IMG/VR virus record: IMGVR_UViG_3300033149_001397
Location: 1 to 54,166 of that record
DNA length: 54,166 bases
Source of the DNA: a virus
Lineage: Duplodnaviria; Caudoviricetes
Reading direction: 5' to 3' (one strand)
Translations under genes and position numbers: made by a program
Shown here: piece by piece, positions 1-9,064 of the stretch
How the letters are laid out: the number at the start of each line of letters is the position of its first letter
Numbering within the stretch: the stretch's first letter is position 1
Notes under the pieces: model-generated
The model's input: only the letters and a program-made list of their open reading frames with translations
Databases searched by the model: none
Told to the model about the DNA's origin: nothing

Positions 1-114
1 GGGGGTCGAACCCGGCATCCGGCCCTGACCGCTTATGCGGGATACCGTCAGCGTACCATTCTGAGGGGTCCAATTAAGTGTATGTGGTGTTGCCTTTCCT
101 TTCTCGGGGCCACC
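1..114 (+). repeat. Terminal direct repeat (left copy), probably circular-assembly overlap
   Basis: GGGGGTCGAACCC...CTCGGGGCCACC is identical to 54053-54166. Confidence 0.95.
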
Positions 115-207
115 CTACAGAGGACAGGTATTTGGGCGGCCCCAGTGCTTAAAGAATGAGTCTGAAACAAAAATATTTACTAAAGGGTGTCAATCGAGCA
201 CCCTGTA

Positions 208-1575
208 TTATCCAACCACCTGCCCATCAACAGCCTTGATTTGACCTTCTTCAAAATACACTCCGACCTTGCCGCTCTCGTCCATCTGCTCAACCCATAT
301 CTGGAATCCGTTTTCTATGGCCATTGCTTCCACAACAGCCCAGGAATCACTATCGAATTTCTCCCCGTCGCGCACAAGCAAAATCCTCAGCTTAGGATTC
401 AGAGACATTCCTATCCCGATTGCAACCTTTAGTTTCTGCGCGTGGCTACACTGGTCAAGCGGGATTCCATCAATTAGTATTTTGCCGCCATCTATTGACA
501 TTCCAGCCAGCGGCATCTCTGCTTTTTCAAGGGCATCGCGTTTGATGTCGTCAATCTTTGCAAGCGCCTTTGTAAGGTTATCAACGGTCGCGGCAACCTC
601 ATCGCGCTTTTTCTCAGTGTTGCTTATCCGCGACAACATCTCTGCGACCCTGTTTTTTTCACCGGCCTCTTTAATCCGCTCATCGAATATTGACATGTCT
701 GGCGGTTCGACCATCTTGTCAAGGATGGCCGCCTCTTGGGTCTGCTTGTTCGTCAGCGAATTGATTGTGTTTTCATTTTCTTTTATCTGCTCTTTGAGCC
801 TCTTGATTTGCTCTGCGAGATCAAGGTTTTCATTGACGAGTGCCTTGATGTCGTCCTCCAGCCCGTCAACAACAGAGGATTGCCGTTCGAACTCTGCAAG
901 GTGTTCAATGGCCGCGTTTTTCTCGGCCAGAATATCGTCAATTGATACCGGCTCAACAGACTCCATGCCCTCGGGTATCGCGTCCCGCTCTGTGTTTATG
1001 ATTCCTTGGACATCCCGGAGCCGCCTGTTGGCCTCTGTGCGTTTATCGTAGATATCCTTGCGAATCTCGTCCATATATCGCAGCGGATCCGGCGGGTCTC
1101 CGTTGGGCTTCATGCCGGTCGCCTCGCCGAACGCCTCCCAATCTGGCTTTACGTCAATGCATTTTAGCAGTGTGCCGACCTGATCCTTGTCGTCAATGAA
1201 CGCGCTCGGGTCGAATGAAAGCTTTCCAACCAGCTTATCAAGCACGGCCTGCGGCGACTTGAATACCGCGCCGTCAGCATTCGCAACCTCAATCCTGCCA
1301 CCACCCTGGGTAAACCTGCGAGTCACTGTTATGTCGCCCAGGTCCACACGCACGGTTGCAGATTCTTCGCCGTCTCTGATTGGCTTGTCAGGGATGAGCC
1401 GCTTCCCGCCGAGTGCTGCGGCCACCGCATCAAGCACGCTTGTTTTCCCGGCCTCGTTTTTGCCTGTGATTTTCAGCACCCCGGATTCAATTTCCGGCTC
1501 GATGTGTACAACCCTCAGCCGCTTGAAATTCTCTGCGGTCAGGCTTACAATCTTCACTGCGTTCTGCTCGTTCAT
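208..1575 (-). CDS. SMC/Rad50/RecN-like P-loop ATPase with long coiled coil
   Basis: N-terminal ENFK, Walker A GKNEAGKTS, central coiled coil, degenerate signature CSHAQ and Walker B ILLVRD; sits next to RecT/YqaJ. Confidence 0.85.
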   Translation of the reverse strand: MNEQNAVKIVSLTAENFKRLRVVHIEPEIESGVLKITGKNEAGKTSVLDAVAAALGGKRLIPDKPIRDGEESATVRVDLGDITVTRRFTQGGGRIEVANADGAVFKSPQAVLDKLVGKLSFDPSAFIDDKDQVGTLLKCIDVKPDWEAFGEATGMKPNGDPPDPLRYMDEIRKDIYDKRTEANRRLRDVQGIINTERDAIPEGMESVEPVSIDDILAEKNAAIEHLAEFERQSSVVDGLEDDIKALVNENLDLAEQIKRLKEQIKENENTINSLTNKQTQEAAILDKMVEPPDMSIFDERIKEAGEKNRVAEMLSRISNTEKKRDEVAATVDNLTKALAKIDDIKRDALEKAEMPLAGMSIDGGKILIDGIPLDQCSHAQKLKVAIGIGMSLNPKLRILLVRDGEKFDSDSWAVVEAMAIENGFQIWVEQMDESGKVGVYFEEGQIKAVDGQVVG

Positions 1576-2132
1576 TTTGCATCCTCCATGGTATTTATAA
1601 TCTCATCTGCCAGACCATGGGCAACCGCCTCAAACGGAGTCAGCCACTTGTCAGTCTTTTGCAGCAGATGTTTTTCAACCTGTTTCTCTGTCCTGTATTT
1701 GCTGTGCTTTATGTAGTGCTCAACACACATCTGGTGGGCAATGTCCTCACCGCGTCGCGCAGAAACCAGCTCTGCATGGCTGCCTATCTTTGAGTCCCAA
1801 AACCGGTGAGACAATATCAATGAGCTCGGTGATAGAAATCGTTTTCCGTGGCACCCGGCCATGACCACTAAAAGCCCGGCGCTCATAACCTGACCAGTAC
1901 CCAGCGTGTAAACCGGGATTCCGCAGATGTCCATCCAGTCTGTTATGAAAAAGCCTGCGCACATGTCGCCGCCTTCTGAGTTGACGACCAGAAGGATGTG
2001 GTCTGCTGTTTTGCTGTTTTCGATTTTGACCATTGATTCAACGGCGTCCTTTGCAACCTGGCTGTTAATCTCGCCGCTGATGATGTGTATCCCAAATTCC
2101 TCAACGTCATCGTTCGCCTGTGTTGTGGCCAT
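1572..2132 (-). CDS. clpP: ClpP-like serine protease subunit
   Basis: Motifs VNSEGG, VMSAG (nucleophile Ser), LSHR (His), DKWLTPFEAVAHGLADEI; start moved to ATG 2132 so it clears the upstream RecT gene. Confidence 0.8.
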   Translation of the reverse strand: MATTQANDDVEEFGIHIISGEINSQVAKDAVESMVKIENSKTADHILLVVNSEGGDMCAGFFITDWMDICGIPVYTLGTGQVMSAGLLVVMAGCHGKRFLSPSSLILSHRFWDSKIGSHAELVSARRGEDIAHQMCVEHYIKHSKYRTEKQVEKHLLQKTDKWLTPFEAVAHGLADEIINTMEDAK

Positions 2133-2154
2133 TTCCGGTGTGAACCCTTCCTGT

Positions 2155-3273
2155 TTATTTCTTGCAGTCAACCAGTCGTCCGAGCAGGATAGCAAGTCCG
2201 TCGTCGTCGAGCGCGTCTATGCTGGATGCGCCCACGGCCTTGATGCACTTCTTGTATTCAGCGTCTCCGACCTTTGCGGCCTGCTCTGATATCGCCATCT
2301 CAAGCTCATGCCTGTCCATGTCCGCGAATTTCTCCGGGGTCTTTGGGGCCGTCGGATTTTCAAGGTCGAACCCGTCGTCGCCACCAACGATATCTGCCGG
2401 CGGTTCAGGGTCCGGTGGTGTTTCGGCTTTTGGCTTTTGCTTTTTTGCCGGCGGGGCATCGGCACCTATCTTCTGCTTTAGCCGCTCGTTCTGCGCCTGC
2501 GCGGTCTGTGCAATCTCGTGTGTGATATCCTTGTATTCACCCTCAATAACGTCGTCGTCACCCACCTGTATTTTTGTTGTGAGTCCGCCGCTCTCTCCAA
2601 CGCTGTCAATTGTGATTGCGGTCTGCAGGTCTGGGCTCTTTGGGACGAACCGCAGCGCGTTTTTCAGGACCGTCTTGAGCGCCATCTTTTCCGGCCACTG
2701 TTGCCATGGCGATTCTTTGGCCCGTGCCGACGGCGATGCGTTCTTCACCTTCTGGACCTCGCCCGGTGACATTGTAAAAAATGTTGTGTCACCATTTTTC
2801 ATCGTGAGCACGGCGTAATAGGCCACGATGTTGTCAACATTGCTGATATCGTGTCCGTTTTTCCAGACCTCTTCATGCTCGATTCTGGGGTTGTCGGTAC
2901 CGCGCACCACGCGGAAATGGTCGTCTTTGTGGACTGGTATTACATCGATGCGCTCAAGCGTCCCGGCGTTATATGCAAGCTTGAGCAGCCCATCATAGCC
3001 CATCACGAGCGTGGCCACGCTTTTGAATGGAATCATGTAGCACTCTTTTGTCGGGCCGTTTAGCTCCAGCCCGAGCCGCGCAGCCTGAATCACACAGCGC
3101 ACTATTGATTCCGGCGTGCAGTTTTGCAGACTAGGAGTCTGGACGAGCGCGTTGTCAACGATGAAAACGAATTTCTTTTCTGAGATATGCTCCGGCAGCA
3201 GCCGCATTATGGCAGTCTTTTTTTCTTTTAGGTGACTCCTAATTAGTGCAAGTTTGTTGTTACCTGTTGGCAT
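2155..3273 (-). CDS. recT: RecT-family single-strand annealing recombinase
   Basis: LQNCTPESI, AARLGLE, CYMIPF, MGYDGL, SPW..WPEKMALKTVLK. Confidence 0.92.
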   Translation of the reverse strand: MPTGNNKLALIRSHLKEKKTAIMRLLPEHISEKKFVFIVDNALVQTPSLQNCTPESIVRCVIQAARLGLELNGPTKECYMIPFKSVATLVMGYDGLLKLAYNAGTLERIDVIPVHKDDHFRVVRGTDNPRIEHEEVWKNGHDISNVDNIVAYYAVLTMKNGDTTFFTMSPGEVQKVKNASPSARAKESPWQQWPEKMALKTVLKNALRFVPKSPDLQTAITIDSVGESGGLTTKIQVGDDDVIEGEYKDITHEIAQTAQAQNERLKQKIGADAPPAKKQKPKAETPPDPEPPADIVGGDDGFDLENPTAPKTPEKFADMDRHELEMAISEQAAKVGDAEYKKCIKAVGASSIDALDDDGLAILLGRLVDCKK

Positions 3274-3285
3274 TGTAAGCCTCCT

Positions 3286-4164
3286 TTAATCTATAAAATC
3301 TTTCAGACGGAACACGCGTGTCCCGTTTTTATTCTCTGTCCATGTGGCCCTGAATGTGTCGCCCTGGATTCCTTTGTGTGAGCCTATTAGGTCCTTGAGC
3401 ATGTTGACAGACACCTGCATTTCAAGCTGATATTCCTCGTGTTTCTTTTTCGCAACCCGATAATTCTCCACGATTGTTTCAACCTCTTCGCCACCGGCTA
3501 TTATGTCGTCGTCGTGCTTGCCGTATTTCCGCTGTAGATACCTGTCAACGACCTTGTCCGGCGCGTGCTCCTCGGGTGGGATTCCGCGTATCACGTGCTC
3601 AAACCAGAACGTGCGCGCACGCGCCAACATTGTGGCCTCTATTGTTGTGTCTCGTGGAATGTGGTAAACACGAAAATCATTTCCGTTTATCAGACATGCC
3701 AAATGCCACAGGTCCATTTCCGTTATCATCATACACCAGTGACATTGTAACAAATATGCGTCAGGCACCTTGCCGTGCGGCGGCTCACCCCATTCGTGCG
3801 ACATATACGCAGACACGTTCTTTGCCTCAAGCCCGAGGGCTTTTTTGTCGCCAGCAAACACAATCCCGTCGGGCGAACATGTTGCCCATGGATATAGTTT
3901 ATGCCGTGCGACGCCGGAGCTTTCAACGCGATAGCCTGTAGAATCCTTGTACATTTCAATAATGGCGGGCTCGATAAACAGACCGGCCCGGGTCAGCTCG
4001 TTGCCTTCAAATGGTTCTGCAAGGCCGACCTTCAATTCCCATAGTTGGTTCGCTGATTGGAATTTGTTGAGCCCGAAAATTGACGCAATCTCAGAGCCGC
4101 CTATTGATTTGCGCCGCTCCTCGTGGTCGATTTTCTGCCCCGCCGGTCGATAGCTATCAGTCAT
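3286..4164 (-). CDS. YqaJ/lambda-exonuclease-like viral recombinase exonuclease
   Basis: IGGSEIASIFG, CSPDG, LEAK, YLLQCHW; start set at ATG 4164 (MTDSY). Confidence 0.9.
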   Translation of the reverse strand: MTDSYRPAGQKIDHEERRKSIGGSEIASIFGLNKFQSANQLWELKVGLAEPFEGNELTRAGLFIEPAIIEMYKDSTGYRVESSGVARHKLYPWATCSPDGIVFAGDKKALGLEAKNVSAYMSHEWGEPPHGKVPDAYLLQCHWCMMITEMDLWHLACLINGNDFRVYHIPRDTTIEATMLARARTFWFEHVIRGIPPEEHAPDKVVDRYLQRKYGKHDDDIIAGGEEVETIVENYRVAKKKHEEYQLEMQVSVNMLKDLIGSHKGIQGDTFRATWTENKNGTRVFRLKDFID

Positions 4165-4300
4165 TTTCTGCCTCTTCCCTCCAGCAATCTTCCTCAAGGT
4201 CCAGCATGCGCATGTAGTGGACCTGTGCAACGGTCAGTGCGATTATGGCAATTGCCGCCATGCAGATTAAAATACCCACATAAATGATTTCTGTGTTCAA
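4157..4300 (-). CDS. 47-aa single-TM membrane protein (not in ORF track)
   Basis: TTG start after GAAAGGAG SD; MNTEIIYVGILICMAAIAIIALTVAQVHYMRMLDLEEDCWREEAEND*; stop overlaps the YqaJ start (ATGACTGA). Confidence 0.65.
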   Translation of the reverse strand: MNTEIIYVGILICMAAIAIIALTVAQVHYMRMLDLEEDCWREEAEND

Positions 4301-4314
4301 GGTTTTTCTCCTTT

Positions 4315-4361
4315 CAAAAAAGAGCCCGGGGCAGCCTCTAGGGTATTACTGCCGCCCCGGG
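4315..4361 (-). terminator. Intrinsic terminator downstream of HTH gene
   Basis: Minus-strand stem CCCGGGGCGGC/GCTGCCCCGGG followed by CTCTTTTT. Confidence 0.6.
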
Positions 4362-4400
4362 GGTTGGAAAATGTAGGAGGAGGAGCAATCATGAACAACA

Positions 4401-4604
4401 TCATATCGCCCGCCCACATGCTTTTGCAAGTTTTCTCAGCTCTTTGTATGCGGCGTCCGGCAATGGCACACCGTGAACCTCCCATTGGCTTAATGCCGCG
4501 TTGCTGACGCCTATCTTGCGTGCGACTTCGCCCTGTGTGACGTTCGCAGCAATCCTATTTAAACGAAATTGGGTATGTTCTTGGGTGTTCGTTCCGGTGT
4601 TCAT
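4401..4604 (-). CDS. Cro/XRE-family HTH transcriptional regulator
   Basis: NVTQGEVARKIGVSNAALSQWE HTH signature. Confidence 0.85.
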   Translation of the reverse strand: MNTGTNTQEHTQFRLNRIAANVTQGEVARKIGVSNAALSQWEVHGVPLPDAAYKELRKLAKACGRAI

Positions 4605-4611
4605 GGTGGAT

Positions 4612-4640
4612 AGTATAGGGTGCGCCTTTCAGCGCGTCAA
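4612..4640 (-). promoter_or_regulatory. Sigma70-type promoter, probably giving a leaderless HTH transcript
   Basis: TTGACG-N17-TATACT with only 7 nt to the ATG at 4604; AT-only palindrome T5A6T6A5 at 4645-4666 upstream. Confidence 0.75.
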
Positions 4641-4659
4641 GATGTTTTTAAAAAATTTT

Positions 4660-4866
4660 TTAAAAATTTTTAGGCGTCTGTGTCCCGTCAAGCTCCGCAG
4701 CTATAATGTCGCGTGCCGCCGTGCTCGGGGCCACACCGCACTTTTTTGCGCGGAGCTTGAGCAGTAATAGGGTCTGCGTTGACAGCCTGACCATTAGCCG
4801 CTCTGTCAACGCCTGGTCTCCGAGCATCTTTCGCCCGGCGCCTGTTCGTTTCCCACCGTGTTTCAT
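4660..4866 (-). CDS. Small basic DNA-binding protein (GGKRxGAGRK motif, ribbon-helix-helix-like)
   Basis: MKHGGKRTGAGRK...LMVRLS; AGGAG SD; overlaps upstream stop. Confidence 0.6.
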   Translation of the reverse strand: MKHGGKRTGAGRKMLGDQALTERLMVRLSTQTLLLLKLRAKKCGVAPSTAARDIIAAELDGTQTPKNF

Positions 4867-5249
4867 GGTTTCTCCTCCCGGATTCTGAGAAGTCGAATTG
4901 CCACATCAACAGCGCTTTCCCCTCCCTGAGGGTTGCCTTTGCCGATCTGTTCTGGCATGTTCTCCAAGATAAAGTTCGCCAACCTGTCAATTTCGCTCTC
5001 TGCAGGATTGACTTCTGCAAGGTGAATACCAGTGTCAGACGGGAGCAAGTCAGTGAGCGCCCCGAATAGGGCGCGCTCGTTGTTGCCGGAATTTATTGGC
5101 TTGTGAAGTTTGTAGTTGATCCGAACTTCTTTGTCGGTCAACTTCTCGACGTGAGCGTAACTGCACCCGTTCTCCCGGCAGAAGTCTTCGAGTGCCTCAG
5201 GCGTTATCTTATCCATTGTCTCCTCCACCCGCTGCCCCCGGTGTCCCAT
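4863..5249 (-). CDS. Hypothetical protein
   Basis: ORF in tight operon spacing. Confidence 0.6.
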   Translation of the reverse strand: MGHRGQRVEETMDKITPEALEDFCRENGCSYAHVEKLTDKEVRINYKLHKPINSGNNERALFGALTDLLPSDTGIHLAEVNPAESEIDRLANFILENMPEQIGKGNPQGGESAVDVAIRLLRIREEKP

Positions 5250-5255
5250 GGGGAC

Positions 5256-5633
5256 TTACGCGGTGTACTTGCAGCCCTCGTACAGGGCCTCTATTTCATC
5301 CTGCAGGGCATCAACTCTGTCCTCATTGTCACAGCACAAAGCGCCTTCAAGCAGGTCAATCTCTGCCTGAGCGCGCACAATCTTGCGCAGCGCACGGACG
5401 GCGTCGTCGAGGGTCATGCCCTCGTGGGCGACAACCTCATGCCCACGGTATCCATAGCCAGGCAGATAGTGGCATGACGCCCTGCCCTCAACCTCACACC
5501 TGTACGTGTGGGGCTTGATGCTATGGCCAGCACCGTTAGTATAGCCCGGCACTGTCAGGCTTGCGACGGCGGTGATATATACCGTCTCGCTGACCGGGCT
5601 TTGCCGTTTCCTCGTGCGGGTTTTGATTTTCAT
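5256..5633 (-). CDS. Hypothetical early protein
   Basis: First ORF after a consensus promoter; SD AAAGGGG. Confidence 0.65.
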   Translation of the reverse strand: MKIKTRTRKRQSPVSETVYITAVASLTVPGYTNGAGHSIKPHTYRCEVEGRASCHYLPGYGYRGHEVVAHEGMTLDDAVRALRKIVRAQAEIDLLEGALCCDNEDRVDALQDEIEALYEGCKYTA

Positions 5634-5668
5634 TTTTTTTGCCCCTTTCTTTTTTTCCTTATATCTAT

Positions 5669-5697
5669 ATTATAAGCCCCAGCATGATATCTGTCAA
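5669..5697 (-). promoter_or_regulatory. Perfect-consensus sigma70 promoter (early operon)
   Basis: TTGACA-N17-TATAAT on the minus strand with AT-rich upstream sequence. Confidence 0.9.
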
Positions 5698-5760
5698 CCT
5701 TTTTCAAAAATAATTATGCCCATAAAACAAGGCGTTTTTAATTATTTTAAAAATAAAAAT

Positions 5761-5783
5761 AAAAAAACCGCCATAAAAGGCGG
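5761..5783 (-). terminator. Intrinsic terminator ending the late operon
   Basis: CCGCC-TTTTAT-GGCGG followed by T7. Confidence 0.75.
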
Positions 5784-5811
5784 CATAAAAGGTTGGTTTG
5801 GTTGTGTGGGG

Positions 5812-7044
5812 TTAGTCTCTGTATACTTTAATCCGCTTTGCCCTGCGCTTTTGCGGTGGTATTAGTTTGATATTCCTCTTCCACGTGATCCCGAAATCCG
5901 GGTGGATGCCAAACATGGTTTGTGTGGGTGCGCCTGCTGCCTGCATCCGTTTCATTGACAATTCGCTGCCACCGACCCAGTTACTATTCATAATTATATG
6001 GTCCTCGATTTCGGCCTCCCGATGGTGGTGTCCGCAGAGCAGATAGTTGTAACCCTGATTGGCGTCGACGAACATCCTCCTATAGTTTGCCGCACTACGC
6101 AGTAGCCCATAGAACGGAATCCCGGCCCATGAGCGCGTATCATCACCATGCACGAGCAGAAACGCCCAGCCCATGCGCTCAACGATTTGATACCACGATT
6201 CGGACGGGTAGACGCTAACATTATCGTGGCCCTCAAGCCATTTGTCGAGCATCCAATATATCAGATAATCGAAGTTGTTTAGCGGGCTCTCGACTCCACG
6301 ATCTCCCACACGCCCGTGATTTCCTATCACACCGTATACATTAATCTGCCACGGGTATAATCCGGCCAGCCACGATATGTATTCGGCAAGCGATTTGACC
6401 GCAACTATAACCTGTTTGACGGTATGGATATCCGTCTGCCTCTGCTGCCCTTTGAATATCGTTGTGCCATCAACAATATCCCCAAGGAAGAACAGGTTGT
6501 GTGCCGGGCACGGGGTGTTTGATGTATGGATTTCAAATATTTTTTTCTGCGACGCCTTGAAAAACTCAAGGCGCTCAAGGAAGATATCTGTGCTATAGCC
6601 ACCGAGCCCGCCCGACTCCCCAACATCAACAAGCTGCCCAATCTGGCAATCGCTTATCATTGTTGCGATTTCTTCCGGGGCCTGGCGCGTGTTCAATTTC
6701 AGGTGTTGCCGCTTTGGTTTTGGCGGTGGTGGCAGTGCGGTGATTGCAGAGATGATATCCTCCGCGACGATTTCGAAAAATGTTTTTTTGTTGCGCAGCT
6801 TTCGCAGCTCTTTCCGCTCAAGTTCACGGCGCATCTGTGCGGTTTTTTTTCTGTCGCCATCGCTCGGGGCATCTGCCGTTTCAGGCTCCTCTCCCTGCTC
6901 AATCAGCTTAATGTATCTGCGCACCGATGTCTCCGGGATGCCGGTCTCCTCGCTGCACTCTGTTTTTGTCCCTGTTGGGTTGGCCAACAACCACTCTTTG
7001 ATTATGTTATACCTGCGTACCTGATCATCGTTTGGGCCGCCCAT
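5812..7044 (-). CDS. Calcineurin-like metallophosphoesterase with N-terminal HTH
   Basis: ISDCQIG, LGDIVDG, GNHG, VHGD, GHHH motifs; N-terminal TKTECSEETGIPETSVRRY. Confidence 0.85.
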   Translation of the reverse strand: MGGPNDDQVRRYNIIKEWLLANPTGTKTECSEETGIPETSVRRYIKLIEQGEEPETADAPSDGDRKKTAQMRRELERKELRKLRNKKTFFEIVAEDIISAITALPPPPKPKRQHLKLNTRQAPEEIATMISDCQIGQLVDVGESGGLGGYSTDIFLERLEFFKASQKKIFEIHTSNTPCPAHNLFFLGDIVDGTTIFKGQQRQTDIHTVKQVIVAVKSLAEYISWLAGLYPWQINVYGVIGNHGRVGDRGVESPLNNFDYLIYWMLDKWLEGHDNVSVYPSESWYQIVERMGWAFLLVHGDDTRSWAGIPFYGLLRSAANYRRMFVDANQGYNYLLCGHHHREAEIEDHIIMNSNWVGGSELSMKRMQAAGAPTQTMFGIHPDFGITWKRNIKLIPPQKRRAKRIKVYRD

Positions 7045-7050
7045 ATTTGA

Positions 7051-7287
7051 CTACTCCTTCCCATCAGACTTATCTTTTTGTCCCCAGCCGAACTCATCAA
7101 TCAGGTTCAGGTAAGAGGCACGTGATATAACCTCTGCCGCGTGGACATCATTGCACAGTTTGTTGTATGCGCTGAGTGCCGCGCCCACTTTCAGATACCG
7201 GACAACAACAATTAGGTCAAGCATGGCGGCAATCAGCCACTCCCACCATGCCGCCGGCCGTCCAAGCATATGTACAAAAAATGTCAT
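7051..7287 (-). CDS. Small hydrophobic hypothetical protein
   Basis: Hydrophobic N-terminal half; start/stop overlap with neighbour. Confidence 0.5.
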   Translation of the reverse strand: MTFFVHMLGRPAAWWEWLIAAMLDLIVVVRYLKVGAALSAYNKLCNDVHAAEVISRASYLNLIDEFGWGQKDKSDGKE

Positions 7288-7529
7288 TCGCCGTCCCTCT
7301 TTTCTATTGATATTTTAAACCGCACGTCTTTGTATTTGAGCCGCATTTTTTTCACCTTGTGCGCGGCTATTGCTATCTCTGACAATAGGTCTCTGACAAC
7401 CTGCCACACGCTCGAACAGCCAATTGCTTTACAGCGCACATTGGCAATCTCAAATACCGTGCTATTGTTAATCCAGATTGAAGTGTATTTGTTTTCGCTG
7501 TGTGTTATGTCGCTCATTTTGCCGCCCAT
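7284..7529 (-). CDS. Hypothetical protein
   Basis: ORF in operon orientation. Confidence 0.5.
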   Translation of the reverse strand: MGGKMSDITHSENKYTSIWINNSTVFEIANVRCKAIGCSSVWQVVRDLLSEIAIAAHKVKKMRLKYKDVRFKISIEKRDGE

Positions 7530-7609
7530 TATATTCTATTGTTGTTGAGGCGGGCGATATGATGTTGTTCACGGTTGATATTATATGGTCGCATTTGCCG
7601 AATGTCAAC

Positions 7610-7933
7610 TCACCTGCCAAATATTTTTATACCCGCTTTTGCTGCGGCGACCTTTGCCTTGCGCACAACCCCAAGCTTGCGAGCGTCTGCTATGTCGTCC
7701 ACCAGAGATAGGGCCTCATCAAATGTCTTGCGGGTGTTGGAGGAAATCCTGTCTGCTGCCTCTGTGAGACTTATCGCGCCGTCCATAAAATATTCAATGT
7801 TGGATTTCAACTCACTGAAATCGTTTACCGTGAGTTTATACTGCTTAACAATAGCAGCAGCGCCGGCAACGCACAATACTCCGAGGCCCCACCCCAGCGG
7901 AGAATAAAGCATTTCAATTATCTGGTCAACCAT
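7610..7933 (-). CDS. Single-TM membrane protein, possible holin/lysis accessory
   Basis: N-terminal hydrophobic helix, basic C-terminus, location after tail fibres. Confidence 0.45.
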   Translation of the reverse strand: MVDQIIEMLYSPLGWGLGVLCVAGAAAIVKQYKLTVNDFSELKSNIEYFMDGAISLTEAADRISSNTRKTFDEALSLVDDIADARKLGVVRKAKVAAAKAGIKIFGR

Positions 7934-7949
7934 ATTTCTTCACACCCCA

Positions 7950-8225
7950 TTAGATTCTTTTTAGCAACGCTGATTTTACCTCTGCTATCAGTGCGCTAAC
8001 AATGTTTTTTATCACAGATGTCGGCACATCAAAACCGGCCTCCAGCAGCATCCGAGAAATCCACCGGACTGCCTTTGTTTCGATTGCGTTCAGGTCAACA
8101 TTCTCCCTGATTTCTGCGCGCAGTGTTTCACGCGCCTTGTGGATTGCGGCCTTAACCTCGTCGTCAATCTCGTTTTTTGCAATCCACTTTTTTGCCTTGC
8201 GAAAATTCTTCGATACCCAGCTCAT
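7950..8225 (-). CDS. Hypothetical protein
   Basis: ORF in operon, amphipathic helical. Confidence 0.6.
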   Translation of the reverse strand: MSWVSKNFRKAKKWIAKNEIDDEVKAAIHKARETLRAEIRENVDLNAIETKAVRWISRMLLEAGFDVPTSVIKNIVSALIAEVKSALLKRI

Positions 8226-8237
8226 GTAGACACCGCC

Positions 8238-8465
8238 TTAAATTATTTTTTGCAGTATAGCATTTGTTACGAACCCTGCTATCCCGCCCACAAGACCGAA
8301 AATCACAACCAGCAATTTGATTTTGCCGCCCGTCTCTGATACGGCTTCCTCAAGCGTGTTGATGCGTGCGTCATGGCCTCTCAGGTCTGCGCGAAACGCA
8401 TCAATTTCTTTCTTGATGTGCTTGATATTTTCGTCGATGCGGATTAGCAATTCTTTATCGTCCAT
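8238..8465 (-). CDS. XhlA-like coiled-coil plus C-terminal TM protein (holin-like)
   Basis: LLIRIDENIK...HDARINTLEE followed by LLVVIFGLVGGIAGFV. Confidence 0.6.
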   Translation of the reverse strand: MDDKELLIRIDENIKHIKKEIDAFRADLRGHDARINTLEEAVSETGGKIKLLVVIFGLVGGIAGFVTNAILQKII

Positions 8466-8470
8466 ATCGT

Positions 8471-8722
8471 TTACGCCCCCGGGATTATATCAGGGCCGTC
8501 GCCGGGGTGGTGATCCCACCCGGTTAGCCGGTCAAAAATTTTTTTGATTATCACAACCACGCGGTGTTTCTGGCGGTCGTTCATTGCGTCTGCGGCCATT
8601 AATGCAACCCATCCAAGCATTGCTATTGCGGCAACCGAAAAAACGCCCACCATGGCTTTGCGGAATGGTTTCCTGGGTGTCGGGTCAAGTACTCGAATAT
8701 CCATTATCATCACCACACACAT
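8471..8722 (-). CDS. Small membrane protein
   Basis: One predicted TM segment. Confidence 0.45.
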   Translation of the reverse strand: MCVVMIMDIRVLDPTPRKPFRKAMVGVFSVAAIAMLGWVALMAADAMNDRQKHRVVVIIKKIFDRLTGWDHHPGDGPDIIPGA

Positions 8723-8740
8723 TAATTATTTCACATCAGC

Positions 8741-9064
8741 TCACCTTTTTATACGTTGTATAACCTCGTCCTTGTTCCCGACTCGCCGCTTTAACCTCCG
8801 CGCATACTCCGGGTGTTTCGTCTCCCACGCTTTCCGGGTTGTAACTACGGGGTCGTCTTCACTGACAACACGCACGGATGTTTCAAGTTTTACCCCGGTC
8901 TCTATGATGTAGCTTGCCTTGTCGCCGTCCCCGCGTAGCCCACGGATTATTTTATATTCCACGCCGTCCGGCACATCCGGGCATGGATAGTTGGGCAGTA
9001 TAACCCCGCCATCGTCGTAATCCCTGTATGCTATTCCAACTTTGTAAACTGGCATTGTTGTCAC
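8741..9064 (-). CDS. Hypothetical protein (tail-fibre region)
   Basis: GTGA-type overlap with upstream gene. Confidence 0.55.
   Translation of the reverse strand: MTTMPVYKVGIAYRDYDDGGVILPNYPCPDVPDGVEYKIIRGLRGDGDKASYIIETGVKLETSVRVVSEDDPVVTTRKAWETKHPEYARRLKRRVGNKDEVIQRIKR

Noticed and set aside
1-114. 114-bp end repeat as a biological terminal repeat
   Set aside because: It lies mid-operon in the early region, far from terS; more simply an assembly overlap. Read-start analysis is needed to decide
4688-5020. Minus-strand 110-aa ORF overlapping 4660-4866 and 4863-5249
   Set aside because: Alternate-frame overlap of two better-supported, coupled genes; no motif
7051-8722. Spanin pair
   Set aside because: No convincing lipobox lipoprotein nested in or following an inner-membrane protein was found
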